64,000 nucleotides of DNA from an uncultured Gammaproteobacteria bacterium (GTDB lineage Bacteria > Patescibacteriota > Microgenomatia > Daviesbacterales > UBA10151): the NCBI GenBank assembly GCA_964500725.1, contig CAZCNP010000001.1:766-64765 (forward strand), read 5' to 3'. Below are positions 10,488-18,960 of the stretch, in pieces; the stretch's first letter is position 1, and every line of letters starts with the position of its first letter. The notes beneath the pieces were generated by a model. The model ran no database searches. It had not been told where the DNA came from and saw nothing but the letters and a program-made list of their open reading frames with translations. Made by a program: the position numbers and the translations under genes.

Positions 10488-12991
10488 GTTATCAATCCTT
10501 AACTCCTGAAAAACTTCTAAGTTATTTCGAGGGTACAATCTTTCAAACTTTTTATGATCCGGATTCTACTAGCAAGGAATTCCCACCTGAAGTGTTTCTA
10601 AGCTACAGCCCCCATGAGTTAAAGGAATTAAACAATCAGAAATATGGAATATATTTTTCGGTTAATGCCTTTAAGGATCAGAGGCTAAACGATAACCTCG
10701 TCAAATTAAATGCCGCCTATGGCGATTTGGACATAGCTAAAGAGGGGGACGGGCAAACACCAGCAGATATTTTAAATAAAAAAAGGGAAGTTTTTAAAAA
10801 GCTGCGCGATCTATCTATTAAGCCTAACATTATTATTCAGACTAAAAATGGCGTTCAACCACTATTCTTAATCGAGAACCCTGGAATTGATAAAGACACT
10901 ATCAAAACCTATACAGACACAATCTGTGGACTTACAGCCTGGTCAAAGAATTATGGCTGCGCCGGAGACGCGGTTAAAGACATAGCAAGGGTTTTAAGGC
11001 TTCCCGGCTATTACCACCAAAAGGGTGAGCCGTTTATGGTTGAAGCCTACCTAATTCATGAAGAAAAAACCACACTCTTAGAGCTTTCTAAACTGTTCCC
11101 ATATTTTGATGAGAGAAAGATCATAAATGATAATTCTGCAAAGGACGGGAAATCTACTGACCTTGATGGCCTTACCATGCAAGAGATTGCCCTGGCAGCC
11201 CTGAAAGAATATGGAGAGCCGGACGCATATTTTGATGATAAAGGCAGGATATGGATTAAGAGAGGGGTTACCGGTGCATTCTTAGGCAAAATGGATAATT
11301 GCGACTATATCGGCAGCAACTCGCATGAGCTGCCCTATGGGAACAAAATAACTTTTGTTAGGGAGCTGTTAAAGCTTGAAAGTAATGCAGCAGCTTTTAA
11401 GTGGATAGCTCAAAAATTCAATTTACAAAGACCGGTACCGGCAAAAGAAAGTTTTGAACAATTAACCGACACTACAAACGCCGAACTCATCAATGAATTG
11501 TTTGGTAATAAAATCCGCTTTGACCATAAACGCAAGAGGTGGCTGAAATGGCAGGACCATTCCTGGCAACCCGATTCTGACGGCAGTATCAGCAGATTAG
11601 CTATAGAGGCAGCCAGACACCGATTCAAATCCGCTGCTAATATTGAAAGCTTAACTAAAAAAACTGCAATCTCTAAGTGGGCCATTCAAAGTGAGAGCAG
11701 ACAAAGACTTGATTCAGCTTTGGCAATATCAAAAAATTTGCTACCAATTGCCGACAATGGTGAAAATTGGGACTTAGACTCTATGCTTTTAGGAGTTAAA
11801 AATGGAGTTTTGGATCTCAAAACAGGAACTTTAAGGGACGGCAAACCTGAAGATCGTATAACCATGCGGGCAGGAACACTATTCTACCCCGAAGCAAAGT
11901 GCCCGCTTTGGGAAAAATTCCTAAATGAGATTTTTGAAAATGATGAGAATTTAATCAGTTATATCCATAAGGCGTTGGGGTATACCTTAACAGGATCAGT
12001 TATAGAACAAGCCCTATTTTTCGGATTCGGCAGTGGCTCAAATGGGAAGAGTGTTTTCTTTGAAACTATCAACGCCGTCTTAGGTGACTATGCACACAAT
12101 GCGCCAGCCAGCTTACTTCAACGAAATGCACAGAATCAATCCTCTAATGACGTTGCAGCAACTGAATTCAAAAGATTTTTAGTGTCTTCGGAAACCCTTA
12201 GCACTTCTAAGCTGAACGAACAACGGTTAAAAAAGTGGAGCGGCGGAGACCGTGAAACGGCAAGGTATCTCTATTCTGAATTTTTTACATTTCAACCCAC
12301 CTGTAAGGTTTGGTTATTCATCAACCATAAACCGGCGGTTGAGGATGATTCCTTCGGGTTTTGGCGGAGAGTCAGACTGATTCCTTTTAACCGAAAGTTT
12401 AAAGAGGAGGACCAGGACAAGCACTTACTGGAAAAATTAAAAACAGAACTACCAGGAATCTTAAACTGGATGGTCAAGGGTTGCTTAAAATGGCAAGCAG
12501 AGGGATTAAGGCCTACACCTGAAAAAATATCTTTGGCGACTAAAAACTATCAAGCCGAAAATGACGAATTGGCTGAATTCTTATTTGAAAAATGCAGTGA
12601 GTTGGCGGGCCAAGAAGTCAAGGCACTGGAACTATACCGCAAATATACAGAATGGGCCGAAAAAGCAGGATTTAAAAATAAAGATGCGCTCACGAAGACA
12701 GCCTTCGGACGAAGAATGGCGGATAAATTTGTTAAAATTCACCGTGAAACTGGCTGGTTTTACCAAATAACTGACGAGTTTGCTAAAAATCTAGGCACGA
12801 CTGACGAGTTAGACCCCATTTTATATAAAGTCCCTATACGAGATAATCACCAAAATAGTTTACTAAAAACAGCTCTCAACTCGTCAGCAGGCACGAAAAC
12901 CCGTCAGGACTCGTCAGCTGACCAAAAGGACGAAAAACCCAAAATTACCCCCACAGACAAGGAGGATGATGGCAGCTGGCTTGAAGCGTGA
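10484..12991 (+). CDS. Phage/plasmid primase-helicase (D5_N / P4-family primase C-terminal, SF3 helicase)
   Basis: 835-aa ORF with a Walker A motif (FGSGSNGKS). The family identification rests on overall resemblance. Confidence 0.75.
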   Translation: MSYQSLTPEKLLSYFEGTIFQTFYDPDSTSKEFPPEVFLSYSPHELKELNNQKYGIYFSVNAFKDQRLNDNLVKLNAAYGDLDIAKEGDGQTPADILNKKREVFKKLRDLSIKPNIIIQTKNGVQPLFLIENPGIDKDTIKTYTDTICGLTAWSKNYGCAGDAVKDIARVLRLPGYYHQKGEPFMVEAYLIHEEKTTLLELSKLFPYFDERKIINDNSAKDGKSTDLDGLTMQEIALAALKEYGEPDAYFDDKGRIWIKRGVTGAFLGKMDNCDYIGSNSHELPYGNKITFVRELLKLESNAAAFKWIAQKFNLQRPVPAKESFEQLTDTTNAELINELFGNKIRFDHKRKRWLKWQDHSWQPDSDGSISRLAIEAARHRFKSAANIESLTKKTAISKWAIQSESRQRLDSALAISKNLLPIADNGENWDLDSMLLGVKNGVLDLKTGTLRDGKPEDRITMRAGTLFYPEAKCPLWEKFLNEIFENDENLISYIHKALGYTLTGSVIEQALFFGFGSGSNGKSVFFETINAVLGDYAHNAPASLLQRNAQNQSSNDVAATEFKRFLVSSETLSTSKLNEQRLKKWSGGDRETARYLYSEFFTFQPTCKVWLFINHKPAVEDDSFGFWRRVRLIPFNRKFKEEDQDKHLLEKLKTELPGILNWMVKGCLKWQAEGLRPTPEKISLATKNYQAENDELAEFLFEKCSELAGQEVKALELYRKYTEWAEKAGFKNKDALTKTAFGRRMADKFVKIHRETGWFYQITDEFAKNLGTTDELDPILYKVPIRDNHQNSLLKTALNSSAGTKTRQDSSADQKDEKPKITPTDKEDDGSWLEA

Positions 12992-13244
12992 TACTAAAGA
13001 GAATATCCGGTTATCAAAAATTGCTCAGTATTTCACAGAGCTGAAAATGCTGCGCAAAACTTGCAAAGAAAACATGGAGCATTACAAATTTCTAAAAGAG
13101 TTTAAAGAAATGCCGATTGTGATTCTTGAGGGACTAGGTGTAGATAGATTTTTCTCAGAGGCAGTCTTCATTTTTGACGGTGTATTAACCCCTGAATTTA
13201 TAGAAAGTTTCAGACAAACAGAAAGTAGGCCATTCTGGGGATAA
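12966..13244 (+). CDS. Hypothetical protein
   Basis: ORF overlapping the primase end. Confidence 0.4.
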   Translation: MMAAGLKRDTKENIRLSKIAQYFTELKMLRKTCKENMEHYKFLKEFKEMPIVILEGLGVDRFFSEAVFIFDGVLTPEFIESFRQTESRPFWG

Positions 13245-13245
13245 T

Positions 13246-13455
13246 ATGGCTGCAATTATTGTGAAAGCAAAACCTGGGGAAAGTACCGATAAGCTGATAA
13301 AACGCTTTCAGCGTGCAACGTCTCAGGACGTAAAAGGTTTTAAAGAACGAAAAGCTTTCATAAGTAAAACTGAAGAACGGTTGCTCGCAGAAAAAGAAAA
13401 GAGAAGAAAAATTGCAAAGTTAAAAAGACTACAAGAATTAGGAATTGAACAATAG
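13246..13455 (+). CDS. rpsU: Ribosomal protein bS21-like (element-encoded)
   Basis: 69-aa basic protein. It aligns along its length to E. coli bS21 (compare [22 protein letters not shown]....[13 protein letters not shown]). Confidence 0.6.
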   Translation: MAAIIVKAKPGESTDKLIKRFQRATSQDVKGFKERKAFISKTEERLLAEKEKRRKIAKLKRLQELGIEQ

Positions 13456-13768
13456 AAGGGGGGTGAATTATGGAAAAAATAAATATTGGTTTATTTGTGG
13501 TTTGCGTACTTTACCTTCTTTGGCTGTTCAAAATGAGCAAGGTTTTTTAAAGTTTGCCGACCGGGCGTTTGTTGGGAATGCCCGGTTGAGAGATTTTAAA
13601 ATATGAAAAAAGAAAAACCATATTGTGAGAAAGACAAAAGCACCTCTTCTGCAGGCCCTGTAGCAAAAAATATGCCAAATTGCGTGCGTAAGTGTAGAGC
13701 TAATACCCCAGAGAGCACTAGTACATCATCTCAAAATAAGCTAGGCACGATTTCGTAGTTAGAAAAAA

Positions 13769-14809
13769 TTAGGATATTTCAACTTCAAGAGTCAGAATAT
13801 TTCCTTTTAAATTTCCACCTTTAATAATACGTCCAACTTCCCAAGCATGAGAAATCAGTTCTTTGGCTTTCTCTTCTGCGCTTCTGAATTTTCTAGCCTC
13901 TGAACTGTAATTTTTTAAAGTTTTAGCTTGAGTGCTTGTATCAAACTGTAAATACCTTAATGTGGTTTCTACTGCCCTATGTCCCATTACGTCTTTAATG
14001 TCTGAAACATCGGCACCGTTAGCTTTTAAATCCCTGGCAAATATCCGGCGTAAGTCGTGCACATTCATGCTGTTACCCCAAAGCTTACCAACTTTTCGCA
14101 TATGTACCTCTAATTTTTGCATATTAACCACAAACAAACGGTCCTTGTCACTTTCTTTATAGTGGCTTTTATCTTTTAAAGTTTTAAGTTCATCCGGTGT
14201 GCGCTCACCATTTACACGCCTCTTTAAATCTTCCAACAACCAAGGTATGTTTGGCAATGCTGCATTCCTGGGTCCGTTCTTGCCTTCAACAATTGTGAGC
14301 TGATTACCACTGAGCGAAACGTCTTTTCTTAATATCTGGGAAGTCTCAAAGTTTCTACCACCACAAGCTACAACCATAAAGCTGAGACAGGCCCGGTGTT
14401 CCATTTTAGAGAATGTTGATAGCCTACTGTCATATTTGCCTGGCTCTGTAGCTTCTTTTATCAGTCCTAAGACTTCGGATTGAGACGGTAAAACACGGGC
14501 TTTCCTGTGTACATGGGTTCGGTCAATATTAACTGTCCATTTTTTAGGGATAATATCTTCATAAAATAGCCAGTCTGCAAAAGCCAGGACAGCGGTTTCA
14601 GCCTGTCTTCTGGTTGACTCTGCCAAACCTTTATCCGGTAGATAGTTAAAGAATTTGATAATGATTTCACGGTTTAAGGGTCCGTCTAAGTATTCAAGGA
14701 ATAGTTTGAAGTAATACAGGTTATTAGTCCTGGTGGATTTTGATTGCCACCTTCGCTGCCTGTGTTCTATAAATCTTTCTAAATGTGTACGCACCTGCTC
14801 TTTATCCAT
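13769..14809 (-). CDS. int: Tyrosine recombinase / integrase
   Basis: C-terminal HDLRRIFARDL....GHRAVETTLRYL motif (His, Arg, catalytic Tyr). The ORF-track start at 14890 is a GTG overlapping the tRNA, so I trimmed it to the ATG (MDKEQ...). Confidence 0.85.
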   Translation of the reverse strand: MDKEQVRTHLERFIEHRQRRWQSKSTRTNNLYYFKLFLEYLDGPLNREIIIKFFNYLPDKGLAESTRRQAETAVLAFADWLFYEDIIPKKWTVNIDRTHVHRKARVLPSQSEVLGLIKEATEPGKYDSRLSTFSKMEHRACLSFMVVACGGRNFETSQILRKDVSLSGNQLTIVEGKNGPRNAALPNIPWLLEDLKRRVNGERTPDELKTLKDKSHYKESDKDRLFVVNMQKLEVHMRKVGKLWGNSMNVHDLRRIFARDLKANGADVSDIKDVMGHRAVETTLRYLQFDTSTQAKTLKNYSSEARKFRSAEEKAKELISHAWEVGRIIKGGNLKGNILTLEVEIS

Positions 14810-14883
14810 ATAAAAGAATAAAGAGATGGTGTCATTCCGCAAGACCTTAACCCACCCGTATGAGTGAGAACTCACCTCAATTG

Positions 14884-14956
14884 TGGGCACTGAGGGATTC
14901 GGACCCCCGACAACCGCAGTGTAAATGCGGTGCTCTACCAGCTGAGCTAAGTGCCC
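14884..14956 (-). tRNA. tRNA-Val (anticodon TAC)
   Basis: Hand-folded cloverleaf: acceptor GGGCACT/AGTGCCC, anticodon stem CCGCA/TGCGG, loop TTTACAC, T-loop TCCGAAT. Confidence 0.85.
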
Positions 14957-14991
14957 AATTTCTGCTCAGCCCGCAGAGCATAGCACAAATA

Positions 14992-15035
14992 CTTCGCAGT
15001 GTAAACGAAGCGCTCTACCACTGAGCTAAGTGCCC
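14992..15035 (-). pseudogene. 5'-half pseudo-tRNA-Val (acceptor, D-arm and anticodon region only); an att-associated remnant
   Basis: GGGCACTTAGCTCAGTGGTAGAGCGCTTCGTTTACACTGCGAAG. The intact tRNA-Val has the same acceptor and the same 11-nt TTTACACTGCG anticodon-region core, but a different D-loop and anticodon stem. The T-arm is missing. Confidence 0.6.
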
Positions 15036-15036
15036 T

Positions 15037-15123
15037 TGGTGGGCGGGACAGGACTTGAACCTGCACAGTCTTGCGACCATATGCACCTCAAGCATACACG
15101 TATACCAATTCCGTCACCCGCCC
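15037..15123 (-). tRNA. tRNA-Leu (anticodon GAG), long variable arm, encoded CCA
   Basis: Acceptor GGGCGGG/CCCGCCC, anticodon stem TATGC/GCATA, loop TTGAGGT, T-loop TTCAAGT, 87 nt. Confidence 0.8.
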
Positions 15124-15178
15124 ACATCATCAGCAATTTTATCAGTTTACTAGGGGGTTAGCAATCTAAAGGAGAGAT

Positions 15179-16411
15179 CTAGGAATTAAGGGTATCTTGT
15201 GCAGCAACTGCATATAAACCGTGGGACTGTTTCGCTTCGCGAAATAAATTCTTCTTTGGTTGACTTCCAGGAATTAATATATTTCCTGATTTTGGTATAG
15301 ATATTATAGGTGCCCTTACTTTTGTATACCTCTTGGCAGGAATATACATCTCTTTTCTATAAATTTTTAGATATTGTAAAGCTGCTGTGTAAGGAGAAAA
15401 ATTCTCCTCCACATGCAGCCTGCAAACTTTTCTGTCAATTTCCCCAACCCTTTTGATAGCTTTGACCATTTCTTGTTTGTCTTTAACCAAAAAACCAGTT
15501 TTATTATTAACAATAAGCTCAGGAGCTGCCCCTCTTTTAAAACTAATAACAGGGGTGCCTGCAGCCATTGATTCCACCATGACCATCCCAAAAGGCTCAT
15601 CCCAATTTATAGGATTTAAAAATGCCTTAGCCCCGCCCAACAATCTATTTTTAAGCCTTAAATTAGCAGGTCCCAGAAACTGAATTTGCTTGCCATCTAT
15701 TAAAGGTTTTACTTTTTCCTTCCAGTATTTAACTGATTTTTCATAATAGGTATCCACAATTCCTGCAAAGACTAGCTGCTCTCCTGCAGCTTTGGCAATC
15801 TTAATTGCTTCAACTGTGCCTTTTTCTGGAATAATTTTGCCCAACCAGGTTAAATACTTCCCACCTTTTGGATTAAACTTGATAGTTGAAGTATCTAAAC
15901 TGTTATAAACAAAGCCCCCATCACGAAAACCTTTTGGCAGGGTTTTATGCATTGATTTGGAAATATTAACAGCCAAAATATCTTTGGCATACAGTTTTAT
16001 CAAAGTCTTATCCATATTAGAATATCTATCATATGGCCATCTGGAATGAATGGTCATCAAATTTGGGATACCTTGCTTAGTCAGATCTGCTAAAAAGGGC
16101 ATTACTATCAAATCTGTAGAAGAAGCAATGTGGGCATGAACTACATCATATTTAAAAGCCTCCTTAAATGCTTCATAATAATGAATAAAAGCAGGCAAAC
16201 CAGCAGTCCAGGAAATTCCCTGGGATAGCAGAGATCTTTTAAAGATATATTTAATGTTACTTATAGCTTTGGAAGTCTTAGTGGCAAAAAGAGTTACTTG
16301 ATGCCCTAAATCAGACAAACCTTTAACTAAATTAGCAATAACCCATTCAGTTCCTCCATAATTATCAGGTGGGGTATCTACCCATGGGGAGGCTATCTGT
16401 AATATCTTCAT
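15179..16411 (-). CDS. Glycosyltransferase family 4 (GT-B, Glycos_transf_1)
   Basis: EPFGMVMVESMAAGTPVI...NNKTGFLV, the E-x7-E retaining GT motif. Confidence 0.8.
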   Translation of the reverse strand: MKILQIASPWVDTPPDNYGGTEWVIANLVKGLSDLGHQVTLFATKTSKAISNIKYIFKRSLLSQGISWTAGLPAFIHYYEAFKEAFKYDVVHAHIASSTDLIVMPFLADLTKQGIPNLMTIHSRWPYDRYSNMDKTLIKLYAKDILAVNISKSMHKTLPKGFRDGGFVYNSLDTSTIKFNPKGGKYLTWLGKIIPEKGTVEAIKIAKAAGEQLVFAGIVDTYYEKSVKYWKEKVKPLIDGKQIQFLGPANLRLKNRLLGGAKAFLNPINWDEPFGMVMVESMAAGTPVISFKRGAAPELIVNNKTGFLVKDKQEMVKAIKRVGEIDRKVCRLHVEENFSPYTAALQYLKIYRKEMYIPAKRYTKVRAPIISIPKSGNILIPGSQPKKNLFREAKQSHGLYAVAAQDTLNS

Positions 16412-16422
16412 AATTTTGTAAA

Positions 16423-16456
16423 AATTACAGTCTTTTACTGAAAGTAAAAGTATATA
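16423..16456. promoter_or_regulatory. 34-nt conserved palindromic element (AATTACAGTCTTTTACTGAAAGTAAAAGTATATA), copy 1, 12 nt upstream of the GT4 start
   Basis: Identical to 48382-48415. It contains an 8-3-8 inverted repeat (CTTTTACT gaa AGTAAAAG) and a TATATA box. Confidence 0.55.
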
Positions 16457-16520
16457 GACCTGCCAAAGTATAAATGTTTTAAATTAGAGAAAATTGAAAA
16501 TTAAGTAAGGTTTTAGTAAG

Positions 16521-17804
16521 TTAAGTTAAAAAATCCAAAGCAGCAGCAGCAGACCAGGCCTGAACCCTGCACCCAACCTGCCCTGAAGAAGAGAGGTACT
16601 CCCTCAAATTACCACATTCATCTTTAATATAAAGTTCAATGGGGTAATTAAAATGATATAAAGGTTTTAAGGATGCTTCTTTCAGCTTGCTAGCCTCATC
16701 ATCAAAGCCAAAATTTTCTAAACCCTCAAAGATAAGCCCATTTAACATAGGCCAAAAGCTGCCATTATGGTAAGAATCCCTATTGTGGTTAAAGGTGGGG
16801 GATAGAGTACTCATTGTTCTTATCCCAGCATCAGCATCAAACAAATCAGGTTGAAAAACCCTCTTTACCATACCCTCTATAAACTCATCATCAATAATAG
16901 ATTCTACTTTACTACCCTTTATATCAGCTGCCCAAAGGGAAATTAAAGGATTGCCTGTGATAGTTTTTATAAGTCTTTTATCACCATCTATAGCCTGTCC
17001 AGCAAAATCGAATCCATGATCTTTAAAAATAAACAGCTTATTAAAGTTTTCCTTAATATGATCTGCCTGGGCAGATAATCTATGGGCAAAAGTAGGAAAT
17101 ATGTCTTGGTAAAATCTGGACCATAATTTTAAAACCAACCAGGCTTTACCTTGAACCTCTACTGGAGCTATTGGGTATTTGGGGAAAAATCCATCAGGGC
17201 CTTTTAAAGACTCATGAGAGTCTGTCCAGGATTGGACTACCAAACCCCCATATCTTCTTTCTTCCTCTAAAGTATAATCCAAAAGTCCATCTTTATCCCT
17301 GTCTCCATAAGTAATAATCCAGTTCAAACCCATCTCAACAAAAGGCTGTACAGCCTTTAAAAACTGCTGGTCTGCTGTGGCTTCCCAGTACCTATAAATA
17401 GCCAGTAAAGCCAGAGGGGTAGAATCTAGGGAATCATAATTTCTTAAATACCCATCAGGATAAAGGTACCAGGGTTTATAGGACTTGGTAGTTAAGTGCT
17501 CATGTTTACTTTTTCTAAACTCATGGATAAATTTGCCAGGCTGCTCTCCTGATTCTATATTTTTTTCTTTACCTTGCAGGGAACAAAGGGTTATTAAGGC
17601 TTTTTTAGAAATATTTAGAAGCTCACTGCAGGGGAATTTTTTATGGACTTTTAATATCTTTAAGATCGTTAAAGCACTGTCTCTGCCAAAGATACAACCA
17701 TAAATTTCATCTTTACCTGAGGCATTAATCCCATCTTCAGTAGCTAAACCAAGAAGGTTTTGGTATATTAGGTCACGGAAATTTGCAGGTTGGACAGTAT
17801 TCAT
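16521..17804 (-). CDS. Amylo-alpha-1,6-glucosidase / glycogen-debranching-enzyme C-terminal family (six-hairpin glycosidase)
   Basis: CIFGRDS motif and overall GDE_C-like sequence. Confidence 0.6.
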   Translation of the reverse strand: MNTVQPANFRDLIYQNLLGLATEDGINASGKDEIYGCIFGRDSALTILKILKVHKKFPCSELLNISKKALITLCSLQGKEKNIESGEQPGKFIHEFRKSKHEHLTTKSYKPWYLYPDGYLRNYDSLDSTPLALLAIYRYWEATADQQFLKAVQPFVEMGLNWIITYGDRDKDGLLDYTLEEERRYGGLVVQSWTDSHESLKGPDGFFPKYPIAPVEVQGKAWLVLKLWSRFYQDIFPTFAHRLSAQADHIKENFNKLFIFKDHGFDFAGQAIDGDKRLIKTITGNPLISLWAADIKGSKVESIIDDEFIEGMVKRVFQPDLFDADAGIRTMSTLSPTFNHNRDSYHNGSFWPMLNGLIFEGLENFGFDDEASKLKEASLKPLYHFNYPIELYIKDECGNLREYLSSSGQVGCRVQAWSAAAALDFLT

Positions 17805-17841
17805 TTTGAAATGGGTAATCTACAAAATTATTATATACAAG

Positions 17842-17988
17842 TCAAGTAAGAATTTGCTTTAGTAACTTTTCTTTTAAATCCTCTAAGTTTTTAAATATAA
17901 TCCCTTTAATTCCTAATTTTTCCTCCATCAAAGTACTTTTGTGTTTTAAAATAACACCCCCAAAATCGAAAATAATATTTTTAATCAT
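17842..17988 (-). CDS. 48-aa ORF resembling a HAD-like hydrolase N-terminal motif I (IIFDFGGVIL); possible gene remnant
   Basis: Hand translation. Absent from the ORF track because it is under 60 aa. Confidence 0.25.
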   Translation of the reverse strand: MIKNIIFDFGGVILKHKSTLMEEKLGIKGIIFKNLEDLKEKLLKQILT

Positions 17989-18043
17989 ACTTTAATTATA
18001 TTATTTTATTGACAAATAAGGAGTAAAGGAAGATAGTAAGCTT

Positions 18044-18766
18044 GTGGCTACCTCAGCGCAAATCGCTATAAAAGCTCGAGAATTTATAAAAACCCATAAA
18101 CCACAATTATGCCAAAAGTTTGCCAGCTTAGAAGAATATCCTCCTGTTGAAAAACCATCTGCTTACTTTATGGCTGGCTCGCCTGGAGCTGGTAAAACAG
18201 AATTCTCCAAGTCTTTTATAAAAGAATTATCAGAAAAAGAACCTACAAGAAGAATTGTCAGAATAGATGCTGATGAGATCAGAGATTTTATCCCTTTCTA
18301 TGATAAAACCAATGCTTATAGAATTCAGGGAGCTGCAGCATTAGGAGTTGAAAAATTATTAGACTGCACATTACAAAACAATCAGGATTTCATACTGGAT
18401 GCTACTTTTGCTGATTTAGAAAAATCTCGTACAAATATCTTACGCTGTCTTCATAAAAAACGTAAGATTGCGGTCGTATATTTATATCAAGATCCAGTAG
18501 TAGCCTGGCAATTTACTAAAAAGAGAGAAAAACTAGAGGGAAGAAAAATTCCCTTAGATATGTTTATAAATGCTTTTTTTGCAGCCAAAGAAAATGTTAA
18601 CAAAATTAAAAAAGAATTTAAAAATTACAAGGAAGTAGAATTGTGGCTTATTATAAAAAATTTAGAGCAGGGTATTGAAAAAACTTATTTTAATATAGAT
18701 AATGTTGATAGTTACCTGAAAATAGATTATACTGCAGAGTCCTTAAAGGAGAAATTAAGAAAATAA
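18044..18766 (+). CDS. Zeta-toxin family P-loop kinase (AAA_33-like)
   Basis: Aligns to PezT/zeta at the Walker A (AYFMAGSPGAGKTEF), at IVRIDADEIR and at the ILDATF block. Confidence 0.6.
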   Translation: MATSAQIAIKAREFIKTHKPQLCQKFASLEEYPPVEKPSAYFMAGSPGAGKTEFSKSFIKELSEKEPTRRIVRIDADEIRDFIPFYDKTNAYRIQGAAALGVEKLLDCTLQNNQDFILDATFADLEKSRTNILRCLHKKRKIAVVYLYQDPVVAWQFTKKREKLEGRKIPLDMFINAFFAAKENVNKIKKEFKNYKEVELWLIIKNLEQGIEKTYFNIDNVDSYLKIDYTAESLKEKLRK

Positions 18767-18767
18767 T

Positions 18768-18941
18768 ATGTTTAAGTTTATCAAGACTAAATTACTAAAT
18801 GAGAAAGAAAAAGTTTCTGCTCCAAGTTTCTTTGATTATACAGCTGCAGAGAAGAAAAAAATTGTAAAAAAAGCAGCTCAAGAAGCTAATAAAATGCAGC
18901 TTAATCTGGTAAAAAAATATAATCGTTTATATCCTGCTTAA
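18768..18941 (+). CDS. 57-aa Lys-rich small ORF coupled to the zeta-like gene (stop/start TAATATG)
   Basis: Hand translation: MFKFIKTKLLNEKEKVSAPSFFDYTAAEKKKIVKKAAQEANKMQLNLVKKYNRLYPA. Confidence 0.3.
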   Translation: MFKFIKTKLLNEKEKVSAPSFFDYTAAEKKKIVKKAAQEANKMQLNLVKKYNRLYPA

Positions 18942-18960
18942 AAACCTACCATTTTTTCTT

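Larger units (their letters stand above)
1..14956. mobile_element. Integrated mobile genetic element (prophage or integrative element), partial; right end at tRNA-Val(TAC) next to the integrase, left end lies outside the window
   Basis: Tyrosine integrase abuts the tRNA 3' end, with a partial tRNA-Val copy just beyond. The element holds a P4/D5-type primase-helicase, densely packed small Zn-ribbon ORFs and large virion-like ORFs. GC and codon usage are higher than in the flanking genome. Confidence 0.6.

Noticed and set aside
13769-14890. Full-length ORF-track integrase starting at a GTG that overlaps tRNA-Val.
   Set aside because: The first 27 codons overlap the tRNA gene, and an ATG (MDKEQVRTHLERF) at 14809 gives a typical integrase length.
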